Part shown: in pieces, positions 9,539 to 18,424 of the stretch | Position numbering within the stretch: the first letter of the stretch is position 1 | Layout: each line of letters starts with the position of its first letter | NCBI GenBank assembly: GCA_035652435.1 | Contig: DASRDU010000014.1 | Span: 1,359 to 65,358, forward strand | Direction of reading: 5' to 3' | Length of the DNA stretch: 64,000 nt | DNA from: Blastocatellia bacterium | GTDB taxonomy: Bacteria > Acidobacteriota > Blastocatellia > RBC074 | Made by a program: the position numbers and the translations under genes | Notes under the pieces: generated by a model | What the model was told of the DNA's origin: nothing | Database searches by the model: none | What the model saw: only the letters and a program-made list of their open reading frames with translations

Positions 9539-11678
9539 ATGAAAAGAACCGCGAAAAGGTCGCTTCTGTCAGGGTTGGTCTGGACAGTTTTAGCGATTGC
9601 AGTTCCGGCCCAGGTCGCCACGACCGGACAACTGGTCGGCACCGTGCAGGATCAATCGGGCGCAACCGTCCCCGGCGTCGGGTTGCGGCTGCAGAATGAA
9701 GACACGAAAGCCGTGCTGACCGCCACGGCCGGCGCCGAAGGGGGCTTCGTCTTTCCGACTTTGTCGCCGGGCAGCTACACCCTGACCGTCAGCAAACAGG
9801 GGTTCGAGACGACGGTTTACCGCAGGCTCATCATCTACGCGGCGCGCACGACCGATCAGACTGTGGTTTTGAATATCGGCACCGTCACGCAGACCGTCGA
9901 AGTGCAGGGCGAAGGGCAGGTCCTCCAGACGACAACCAACACCATCGCCAGCACGGTGGATCAGAAATACCTGCAGGACCTGCCGCTGCCGGGGCGCAAC
10001 GCATTGCCCTTCGTGTTGCTCTCGGCGGGAGCGCAGCAGGGCGTCACCTCGCGCGACAGCACGATTAACGGGTTGCCGGGCGCTTCGCTCAACATCACGC
10101 TCAACGGCGTCGCCAACAACGCGCAGCGCTTCAAGAGCGGCGGCACCAGCTTCTTCGCGTTTGTTGCGCCCCGTCTGGAGAGCGTGCAGGAAGTTACCAT
10201 TGCCACATCAAACCTCGGCGCGAATAGTACCGGACAGGGCGCGGTTCAGATTCAATTCGTCACCAGATCGGGCACGAACGCCTGGCACGGCGAGGTCTTC
10301 TGGCAGCACCAGAACTCGGCGCTCAACGCCAACAACTGGTTCAATAACGCGCGCGGCATCAAGCGACCCGTGTTCATACAGAACGACCAGGGCGGGGCGC
10401 TCGGCGGGCCAGTCATCAAAAACAAACTCTTCTTCTTTGTCAGTTATGCGCACGTGAAGACGCCGCAATCGTCAGACTACGAAGCCCGCGTCCTCGCGCC
10501 GGCCGCGCAAACGGGCGTCTTCACCTACGTCGGCAGCGACGGCACGACGCGGAGCGTGAACCTGCTTCAGATCGCCGGGGCGAGCGGCTTACCGAGTACC
10601 GTCAACCCGATCATCGCCGCGCAGCTGCAGAAGATTCAATCGTCCACTTCGGCAGGTGCCGTCTCCACCTTCGATCTGTTCCGCAACCGATTACGCTGGG
10701 TCGCGCCGTCGCCCACCACCAACCAGTTTATGACGGCGCGATTTGACTATCAGCCCTCGGAAAAGCTGCGCCTGAGCGTCTCCGACACCTATAACCGGAA
10801 TGTGAACGACCGGGGATTTCGCGGGACGGTCCTGCCCGGCGTCTTCACCGAGGAGCAGTCGGTCGGGCAAATCTCCAACCCCTACATTGCCGGCGCCAGC
10901 GCCAACTGGACGCTCAGCCCGAACAAGGTCAACGAGTTCAATTTCGGCATTCAGAGCAATCAGGAGACTTTCAGCATCGGCTACGACCGCAGCCTCTTCA
11001 AGCCACGGCTGCTGAACTTTCCGCTGTCGCTGGCGAGCGGGCTGGAGGCGCAGAACAGCATCGGCAGCGGCATTACCTTCCAGCCGCGCAACAACCCCGT
11101 CTACAATCTGGCGGACAATTTCTTTTACCAGCGTGGCAACCATCCTCGACGGCGTGATCGGCGGCTGGACGGTCGGCGCGATCTTCCGCATGCAGTCGGG
11201 TCTGCCCTTCAAGCTGAGCAGCGGTCGCCTGACAGTCAACCAGTCGGATGCGGGCGTGGTTTTGAATGGGGTGACGACTTCTGACCTGCAAAAGCTGGTC
11301 GGCGTCTTCAAAGGCTCCGGCCCGGATGTCTTCTTCCTCGACCCGAAGCTCACAGGCAGTGACGGGCGCGCGAGCAGCAGTTTCCTCACCTCGCCCGCAA
11401 CGCCGGGCCAGTTCGGGGCCTTCGTCTATTTGCACGGGCCGCGGTTTGTGACGACGGACCTGTCGCTCGCGAAGGTGGTGCCGCTCATCAGGGAACGCGT
11501 GCGGATGGAGATCAGGGCCGAGATGGTCAACGCCTTCAACCACCCGATCTTTGAAGTGCCGACGGGCGGAACATTTGGTGTCACGCCCGTCAGTATTACG
11601 GCAACGAACTTTGGCCGCACGACGACCACCACGTCAGTCCCACGCCAGGTGCAGTTCAGGATTCGATTCACGTTTTAA
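9539..11678 (+). pseudogene. Carboxypeptidase-regulatory-domain TonB-dependent receptor-like outer-membrane protein, decayed by an internal deletion of ~1.6 kb plus a frame change.
   Basis: ORF 9539-11284 (581 aa) matches the N-terminal ~560 aa of the intact paralogs (22880-26779, 45483-49358), up to '...NNPVYNLADNFFYQRGNH'. The reading then continues in the +2 frame (11133-11678) and matches only the last ~180 aa of the paralogs ('ILDGVIGGWTVGAIF...VQFRIRFTF'). The central ~550-aa barrel region is missing. Confidence 0.75.
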
Positions 11679-12078
11679 GAGGGGGAGCGAAGCGTAAACA
11701 TTTCGCGAAACGGCAGAGGACGCCGCTGGTGCGGATTTGAATGGCTGGTCCCGGCGCGCGCTCGCCTCCACCGAAGAGTTGGATTACAGTGAAGCGCTCA
11801 GGTTGGTACGGGCCGCGCTTTGCAAACTGCAGATGGAACACGGCCCAAAAATAAATGGGAGCCTGAAATCTGCGAGGACGCGACGGAAGCGCAAAAGATG
11901 CGCTTACAAAGGTTGATTGGGCATACAGGGGAAGTGGGGCCGCGACCACTCTCGCAGTCCTCTTCGCCTGCCGCCCGGCGACGACCTGGCCGGGGCTGGT
12001 GATCGTGCTGGCGGGCGTGCCGGTCTATTACCCGCTCTTGTTACGCGGGGCCGGGAAGGCCCCGAAAGGAGTCACGAC

Positions 12079-14457
12079 GTGAGACGCATTGCGACCGCGG
12101 CCTTCATTCTGCTGATCGCCGCGCAAGTGATCGCGCCCGCCGGTCCGGGCGCGCGGGGAGAAGGGAAGGAGAAAGTTCAGTTCAAGGCGCGCGAATTCGA
12201 GCCGGGCGCCGTCAGGCTGCTCGACGGCCCGTTCCGCGAGGCGATGCTGCGCGATCAGAAATACCTGCTCAGCCTGGACAACGACCGGCTGCTGCACAAT
12301 TTCCGCGTCAACGCCGGGCTGCCCTCGTCGGCCAGGCCGCTCGGCGGGTGGGAGGCGCCCGATGTCGAGTTGCGCGGCCACAGCGTCGGCCACTTTCTGA
12401 CTGCACTGGCGCTGATGTACGCGGGCACGGGCGACGAGCGGTTCAAGGCGAAAGGTGACGCGCTGGTCGCCGAACTGGCCAGAGTGCAGCAGGCGCTGCC
12501 CTCGCGCGGGGCGAATCCCGGATACCTCTCCGCCTTCCCGGAAGAGTTTTTTGACCGCGTGGACAAGCGGCAGCGCGTCTGGGCCCCTTACTACACGCTG
12601 CATAAGATCATGGCCGGTCTGCTCGACATGCGTCAGCTCGCGGGCAACCGGCAGGCGCTCGACGTACTCCTGAAGCTGGCCGACTGGGTCAGGTTCCGCG
12701 TGGACCGGCTGAGCGACGACGAGCAGCAGGCCGTGCTGCAGACCGAATTCGGCGGGATGAATGACGTACTCGCGAGCCTCTACGCTGTCACCGGCAACCC
12801 GGAGTACCTGCGCATCGCGCGCAAGTTCGATCACCGCCGCGTCTTCGACCCGCTCGCGCGCGGCGAAGACCCACTGAGCGGGCTGCACGCCAACACGCAA
12901 ATCCCGAAGGCCATCGGCGCGGCGCGCGAATACGAAGTGACCGGCGAGCAGCGCTACCACGACATCGCCAGCTTCTTCTGGGAGCGCGTGGCCGGGCATC
13001 GTTCCTACGTCATCGGCGGCAACAGCGACAACGAGAGCTTCTTCCCGCCCGAACAGTTCTCGAAGCATCTGGGGGCGTCCAGCACGGAGACGTGCAACAC
13101 CTACAACATGCTCAAACTGTCGCGCCACCTCTTCGCCTGGGAGCCGTCGGCGCGGACGATGGACTTCTACGAACGCGGCCTCTACAACCACATCCTCGCC
13201 TCGCAGGACCCGCCGACCGGGATGATGACCTATTACGTGCCGCTGCGGCCGGGCGCGTTCCGGACTTACTCCACGCCCGACGCTTCGTTCTGGTGCTGCG
13301 TCGGCACGGGGATGGAGAACCATGCGAAGTACGGCGACACGATCTACTTCCGCGCCGATCAGGCCCTCTACGTCAACCTCTTCATCGCCTCGGAGCTGAA
13401 CTGGAAGGAGAAGGGCCTCACCGTCCGCCAGGAGACCCGGTTCCCCGAAGAGGACACGACGAGACTGACGGTCAAAACGGCCAAGCCACTTAAACTGGCC
13501 TTCAGGATTCGCTACCCGTCGTGGGCGCAATCGGGGATGACGCTCGCGGTCAACGGCAGGAAAGAGACCGTGACGGCCGGCCCCGGCTCTTACGTCACGG
13601 TCGAGCGCGAATGGAAGAACGGTGACACCATCGAAGTGAAACTGCCGATGAGTCTGCGGCTCGAAGCGATGCCGGACGACCCGCGGATGGTGGCGTTGTT
13701 GTATGGCCCGATAGTGCTTGGCGGCGATCTGGGCAAAGAGGATCTGACCGACGAGCGGCGCTACGGCCCCAGCGCGCCGCAGATGGGCCGCGTCAAGCCG
13801 ATCCAGGTTCCAGTCTTCATCGGCGAGGTCAGGGACGTGCTGGCGAAGGTGAAGCCGGTGGCGGGCTCGCCGCTCCACTTCCGCACCGAGGGGCTGGCCC
13901 GGCCGCAGGAAGTCTCGCTCGCGCCTTTCTATTCGCTCCACGTCCGCCGGTACAACGTCTACTGGAAAGTCTGGCAGCCGGCCGAGTGGGAGAAGCTCAA
14001 AGGAGAGCTGGCCGCCGCCGAGGCGCGCCGGAAGGTGATCGAGCGCCACACCGTTGACGCCGTCAACCTGAATGACAGGCAGAGCGAGCAGGCCCACAAC
14101 CTGAAGGGTGAAGGGCTCGTGGACGGCGAATTCGACGGCAAACGCTGGCGCGCCGCGCGCGGCTGGTTCAGCTATGAATTGAAAGTCGTGCCGGACAAGC
14201 CGGTGACGCTCGTGTGTACTTACCGCGGCAGCGAAGGCCGCCTGCGTTCATTCGACGTGATCGTGGAAGGCGAGAAGGTCGCCACGCAGACGCTCGAAAT
14301 CCACCCGGGCGAATTGTTCGATTTCGAATACCCGCTGCCCGAAGCGTTGACGCGCGGCAGGCAGCGCATCACGGTCAAATTCCAGGCGCGCCCCGATTCG
14401 ATAGCGGGCAGCCTGTTCGACGTGCGCGTGGCGCAGCTCGATGGAGGAGAAAAGTAG
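12079..14457 (+). CDS. GH127 (DUF1680) beta-L-arabinofuranosidase-like protein with a C-terminal extension.
   Basis: GTG start after an AAGGAG RBS and a signal peptide 'VRRIATAAFILLIAAQVIAPAG'. GH127 (alpha/alpha)6 motifs 'YYTLHKIMAGLLD', 'NTQIPKAIGAAREYEVTG', and the Cys-rich zinc site 'FWCCVGTGMENHAKYGD'. About 200 aa extra at the C terminus. The track ORF start at 11917 is upstream read-through. Confidence 0.85.
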   Translation: MRRIATAAFILLIAAQVIAPAGPGARGEGKEKVQFKAREFEPGAVRLLDGPFREAMLRDQKYLLSLDNDRLLHNFRVNAGLPSSARPLGGWEAPDVELRGHSVGHFLTALALMYAGTGDERFKAKGDALVAELARVQQALPSRGANPGYLSAFPEEFFDRVDKRQRVWAPYYTLHKIMAGLLDMRQLAGNRQALDVLLKLADWVRFRVDRLSDDEQQAVLQTEFGGMNDVLASLYAVTGNPEYLRIARKFDHRRVFDPLARGEDPLSGLHANTQIPKAIGAAREYEVTGEQRYHDIASFFWERVAGHRSYVIGGNSDNESFFPPEQFSKHLGASSTETCNTYNMLKLSRHLFAWEPSARTMDFYERGLYNHILASQDPPTGMMTYYVPLRPGAFRTYSTPDASFWCCVGTGMENHAKYGDTIYFRADQALYVNLFIASELNWKEKGLTVRQETRFPEEDTTRLTVKTAKPLKLAFRIRYPSWAQSGMTLAVNGRKETVTAGPGSYVTVEREWKNGDTIEVKLPMSLRLEAMPDDPRMVALLYGPIVLGGDLGKEDLTDERRYGPSAPQMGRVKPIQVPVFIGEVRDVLAKVKPVAGSPLHFRTEGLARPQEVSLAPFYSLHVRRYNVYWKVWQPAEWEKLKGELAAAEARRKVIERHTVDAVNLNDRQSEQAHNLKGEGLVDGEFDGKRWRAARGWFSYELKVVPDKPVTLVCTYRGSEGRLRSFDVIVEGEKVATQTLEIHPGELFDFEYPLPEALTRGRQRITVKFQARPDSIAGSLFDVRVAQLDGGEK

Positions 14458-14515
14458 CGGCGCGGTTGAGAGCGTAATCAGCCCTCGAATGTAATGCTGC
14501 GTGATGAAGGATTTA

Positions 14516-14610
14516 CCGCAGAGGCGCAGAGAGAGCAGAGACGGCGCAGAGGTGGAAGAGTCTGCCAATGCCTTCTCTGCGCTACCTCCGCGTTCTCTGC
14601 GCCTCTGCGG
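14516..14610. repeat. Nested inverted repeat (17-bp perfect outer stem, ~60-nt interior with duplicated half-sites). It lies between the GH127 stop and the BNR gene start.
   Basis: CCGCAGAGGCGCAGAGA (14516-14532) pairs with TCTCTGCGCCTCTGCGG (14594-14610). The interior carries a second GGCGCAGAG (14543-14551) and a second TTCTCTGCGC (14573-14582). Confidence 0.7.
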
Positions 14611-14669
14611 TGAATCAGGCTCACGCAGCTCGAAGCATCACTTTTTATCCACTCCCTCCTGAGGGAACC

Positions 14670-17384
14670 ATGAAACGACTGATCCCCTGGCTGGCAATTG
14701 TCCTCGCGGGATTCCCGCTCCAGGCGAATCCGCAGCAGCGCCTTGATGACGTGCTGCGCGACGGCTTTCATTACCGCAACCTCGGCCCGTTCCGCGCGGG
14801 CGGGTGGGTCTCGGAGATCGTCGTGCCCGACGCACCGGCGAAGGCGCACCTATACACCTTCTACGTCGCCGCCCGGCACGGCGGCGTGTGGAAGACGACC
14901 AACAACGGCACGACCTTCGAGCCGGTCCTCGACAGTCAGGGCGTCTTTTCGGTCGGCTCGATTGCCGTCGCGCCCTCGAACGCAGATCACGTCTGGGTGG
15001 GCGCGGGCGACGCTTCGTGCGCGCGCAGCGCCTGGCGCGGCGACGGCGTCTACAAGTCCACCGACGCCGGAAAGACCTGGCAGCACGTCGGCCTGGAAGA
15101 GAGCCACCACATCGCGCGGATCGTCATTCACCCGGCCGACCCCGACGTCGTTTACGTCGCCGCGATGGGCCACCTCTTCTCGGGCAATGAGGAGCGCGGG
15201 GTTTTCAAGACGACCGACGGCGGCAGGAGCTGGAAGAAGATTCTCTACGTCAATGACAGAACGGGCGCGGTTGATCTGGTCATCAACCGCAGCGAGCCGA
15301 ACACGCTTTACGCGGCGATGTACGAATGCCTGCGCGACCCGTGGCGCATTCAGGACGGCGGGCCGGGCAGCGGCGTGTACAAGACGACCGACGGCGGCGC
15401 GAACTGGAAGAGGCTGGACAGTGGCTTGCCCGCGGGCACAATCGGCCGCATCGGGCTCGATATCTATCAGAAGAAGCCGGACACGCTCTACGCCGTGGTT
15501 GACAACCGCAACAGCCGCGCGGGCGCCGCAGAGGGCCGGGCCGCCCTGATCGGCGGCGAAGTCTACCGCACGGATGACGGCGGCGGCGCGTGGCGCAAAA
15601 TGAGCGCGGAGAAGGACGACGTGAGCCGCAAATCCGGCTACGCCTTCAATCAGATTCGGATTGATCCCGGCAACCCCGACCACGCTTTCATCACGGGCTC
15701 AAACCTGATCGAGACGAGTGACGGCGGCCGGACCTGGGCCGGTCTCGCGGCGGGGCCGCCGCCCCAGCAGCCTCAACAGCCCCAGCCGTTTCAACCGCAG
15801 GGCAATCGCGCGTTCCGCCGCGCGTTCGGCGATTTCCGCACGCTCTGGATTGACCCGCAGAATCCCGAACGCATGATGGCCGGCTCTGACGGCGGCGTGT
15901 TCGTCTCTTACGACGGCGGCCGGACGTGCGACCACCTGAACAACCTGCCGCTCGGCGAGGTCTACGCGCTCGCGGTGGATATGGAAGAGCCATACAACAT
16001 CTACGCGGGGTTGCAGGACCACGAGTCGTGGAAGGGCCCGAGCAACGGCTGGTCGGGCAGCAGCGGCCTGGAAGACTGGACGACCGTGGGCATGGGCGAC
16101 GGGATGTACAACCAGGTTGACCCGACCGACAGCCGCTGGGTCTTCAACACGCAGGAATTCGGGCGTCACGCGCGGCTGGATCAGCGGACGCGCGAGCGCA
16201 AAATCATCGCGCCCTCCAGAGCGCAGGGGCAGCCGATGCTGCGGTTCAACTGGGTCGCGCCGCTGCGCCTCTCGCCGCACGACCCGAAGACGCTCTACGC
16301 CGGAGCGCAGGTACTCTTCCGCTCGCGTGACCGCGGCGACCACTGGGAAGAGATCAGCCCCGACCTGACGACCAACGATCCGAACAAGGTCAGCCCGCCC
16401 GGCGCGGCCATTCAATTCTGCACGATCACGACCATCGCCGAATCCCCCGCGCAGGCCGGCGTCATCTGGGTCGGCACGGACGACGGCAAAGTGCAGGTGA
16501 CGAAAGACGCAGGTAAGAATTGGAATGATGTGACCAGAGCCGTGGCGCATGCTGGCGGCCCCGAAGACGCCTGGGTGACGCGCGTTTTCGCGTCGCATCA
16601 CAGTCCGGGCACGGCTTACGTGGCCAAATCGCGCCACCGACAGGACGACTTCCGCCCGTTCCTCTACAAGACCACCGATTTCGGCGCGACGTGGACGCAG
16701 ATCACCGACGGCCTGCCCGCCCGGCCCGTCAACGTGGTCTTTGAAGATCAGAAGAACCCGGACCTGCTCTTCGTCGGCAACGACGCGGGCGTGTACGTCT
16801 CGCTCGACGGCGGCCCGCGGTGGGCGGCGCTGAAAGGCAACATGCCGGCCGTGCCCGTGCATGACCTGATCATTCACCCGCGCGAAGGCGATCTGGTGGC
16901 GGGGACATTCGGGCGCGGCATCTGGACCACCAATATCACTCCGCTGCGCGAACTCGGCGCGGCGCTCGCGCAGGACGCGTACCTCTTCGCCGTCGAACCG
17001 AAAGCCCGCCGCCGCGAAGGCGCACTGGGCAATTACCGGTTGCATGGCGACCGCCTCGTCGTGACGCCGAACGAGCCGAACGGCGTGACAATCACTTACT
17101 ACCTGAAGGAAGCGCCGAAAGAGAAAGTCATGCTGACCGTGACGGACGCGGCCGGCAAAACGGTGCGGACGATGGAGCTGGCGGCGAAGGCTGGGATCAA
17201 CCGCGCCACTTGGGAGATGATTGAAGGCGGCGCAGGGCCCGTGCCCGGCGGCGGGTTCCGGCCCGGACTGGGCGCGGCCTTGCGGACAGTGCCCGCCGGG
17301 GAGTATACGGTGACACTTCAGATCGGCGAAAAGAAGCTGACGCAAAAGGCGCGCGTGCCGGCGGCCAGAAATGGCGAGCCCTGA
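14670..17384 (+). CDS. BNR/Asp-box repeat protein (sortilin/Vps10- or GH74-like double beta-propeller), secreted.
   Basis: The start was reassigned to 'MKRLIPWLAIVLAGFPLQA' after a GAGGGAA RBS. About 10 S-x-D-x-G-x-T-W repeats ('YKSTDAGKTWQHV', 'FKTTDGGRSWKKI', 'YKTTDGGANWKRL', ...). A Pro/Gln-rich linker 'PPPQQPQQPQPFQPQ'. Confidence 0.75.
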   Translation: MKRLIPWLAIVLAGFPLQANPQQRLDDVLRDGFHYRNLGPFRAGGWVSEIVVPDAPAKAHLYTFYVAARHGGVWKTTNNGTTFEPVLDSQGVFSVGSIAVAPSNADHVWVGAGDASCARSAWRGDGVYKSTDAGKTWQHVGLEESHHIARIVIHPADPDVVYVAAMGHLFSGNEERGVFKTTDGGRSWKKILYVNDRTGAVDLVINRSEPNTLYAAMYECLRDPWRIQDGGPGSGVYKTTDGGANWKRLDSGLPAGTIGRIGLDIYQKKPDTLYAVVDNRNSRAGAAEGRAALIGGEVYRTDDGGGAWRKMSAEKDDVSRKSGYAFNQIRIDPGNPDHAFITGSNLIETSDGGRTWAGLAAGPPPQQPQQPQPFQPQGNRAFRRAFGDFRTLWIDPQNPERMMAGSDGGVFVSYDGGRTCDHLNNLPLGEVYALAVDMEEPYNIYAGLQDHESWKGPSNGWSGSSGLEDWTTVGMGDGMYNQVDPTDSRWVFNTQEFGRHARLDQRTRERKIIAPSRAQGQPMLRFNWVAPLRLSPHDPKTLYAGAQVLFRSRDRGDHWEEISPDLTTNDPNKVSPPGAAIQFCTITTIAESPAQAGVIWVGTDDGKVQVTKDAGKNWNDVTRAVAHAGGPEDAWVTRVFASHHSPGTAYVAKSRHRQDDFRPFLYKTTDFGATWTQITDGLPARPVNVVFEDQKNPDLLFVGNDAGVYVSLDGGPRWAALKGNMPAVPVHDLIIHPREGDLVAGTFGRGIWTTNITPLRELGAALAQDAYLFAVEPKARRREGALGNYRLHGDRLVVTPNEPNGVTITYYLKEAPKEKVMLTVTDAAGKTVRTMELAAKAGINRATWEMIEGGAGPVPGGGFRPGLGAALRTVPAGEYTVTLQIGEKKLTQKARVPAARNGEP

Positions 17385-17428
17385 CGCGTGAAATGAACTT
17401 CTGTCTTCTGACGAAGGAGATTACATTG

Positions 17429-18406
17429 ATGCGACTGATCATCAGACTTGCGGCGGGTTGTGCGCTGCTGCTCGTGCCGCTGGCGACGGGCGGCCTGCCT
17501 GTGCATGCCGGCAGAACCGTTGATAACGCCAAAAACTATCGCGTACTCGGCGCGGACAAGAAGCGCGTCGCCATCGTGAACGCGAAGGGCGAAATCGAGT
17601 GGGAGATTCCCAACCCCGCGCCCGAAACGCACGACATCCAGATGTTGCCCAACGGCAACGTCCTCTTCCAGACCAGCTACACGACCGTGGTCGAAGTCAA
17701 CCGTGACAGGCAGGTCGTCTGGCAGTACGAGGCTAAGCCGAAGGAAGGCTACACCGGGCGCGTCGAAATCCACTCGTATCAGAGGCTGAAGGACGGGCTG
17801 ACGATGGTCTCTGAGAGCGGCAACGCCCGCGTCGTTGAGGTGGATCAGAAGGGCGCGATTGCGAGAACGCTCGAACTGACCGTTGACAAGCCGAACCCGC
17901 ACCGCGACACACGCATGGTGCGCAAGCTCGACAACGGCCATTACCTCGTCTGCCACGAGGGCGACGGCAAGCTGCGCGAGTATGACCGGGCGGGCAAGGT
18001 CGTGTGGACTTACGAGGTGGATTTGAACGGCCGGCCCGCCTCGCCGGGCCACGGCCCCGAAGGCCACGGCACCGCGGTCTTCGGCGCGATCCGGCTGCCG
18101 AACGGCAACACGCTGATCGCGGGCGGCAACAACAACCGCGTCATAGAGGTCACGCCCGCGGGTAAGGTCGTCTGGAGCATTGACCAGAAGGAACTGCCCG
18201 GCATCACGCTGGCCTGGGTGACGACGCTCGAACTCCTGCCCAACGGCAACCTGATCTTCGGCAACACGCACGCGGGGCCGGAAAATCCGCAACTCATCGA
18301 GGTCACGCGCGATAAGCGGGTGGTCTGGACTTTCAGGGACTTCCAGAATTTCGGCAACAACCTGGTGGCGGCGCAGGTGCTGACCGAGGGGAAAGTGATT
18401 CGATAG
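17429..18406 (+). CDS. Secreted beta-propeller repeat protein (repeated 'LPNGN' blades; NHL/ASST-like 6-bladed fold).
   Basis: Start at 'MRLIIRLAAGCALLLVPLATGG' after GAAGGAGA. Repeats: 'MLPNGNVLFQTSY', 'KLDNGHYLVCHEG', 'RLPNGNTLIAGG', 'LLPNGNLIFGNTH'. Confidence 0.6.
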   Translation: MRLIIRLAAGCALLLVPLATGGLPVHAGRTVDNAKNYRVLGADKKRVAIVNAKGEIEWEIPNPAPETHDIQMLPNGNVLFQTSYTTVVEVNRDRQVVWQYEAKPKEGYTGRVEIHSYQRLKDGLTMVSESGNARVVEVDQKGAIARTLELTVDKPNPHRDTRMVRKLDNGHYLVCHEGDGKLREYDRAGKVVWTYEVDLNGRPASPGHGPEGHGTAVFGAIRLPNGNTLIAGGNNNRVIEVTPAGKVVWSIDQKELPGITLAWVTTLELLPNGNLIFGNTHAGPENPQLIEVTRDKRVVWTFRDFQNFGNNLVAAQVLTEGKVIR

Positions 18407-18424
18407 GAAGCAGGAGGGACCGCG

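Noticed and set aside
11917-12078. ORF-track N-terminal extension of the GH127 gene (MGIQGKWGRD...), and a possible hydrophobic 'coding-like' frame (…LVIVLAGVPVYYPLLLRG…) at ~11870-12068 resembling a permease C-terminus.
   Set aside because: The GTG at 12079 has an AAGGAG RBS and begins a proper signal peptide. The hydrophobic frame lacks a start and RBS and is plausibly a GC-content artefact. A gene remnant cannot be excluded without a similarity search.
12028-14097. 689-aa antisense ORF inside the GH127 gene. Similar long antisense ORFs occur at 14850-15683, 15699-17345, 17318-19204, 19370-20356, 21553-22494, 23411-24652, 25340-26671, 29782-30894, 3174-3968 and 62630-63799.
   Set aside because: Arg/Ala/Gly-rich translations typical of high-GC antisense frames. 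They have no recognisable domains, while the opposite strand encodes strongly recognisable enzymes.
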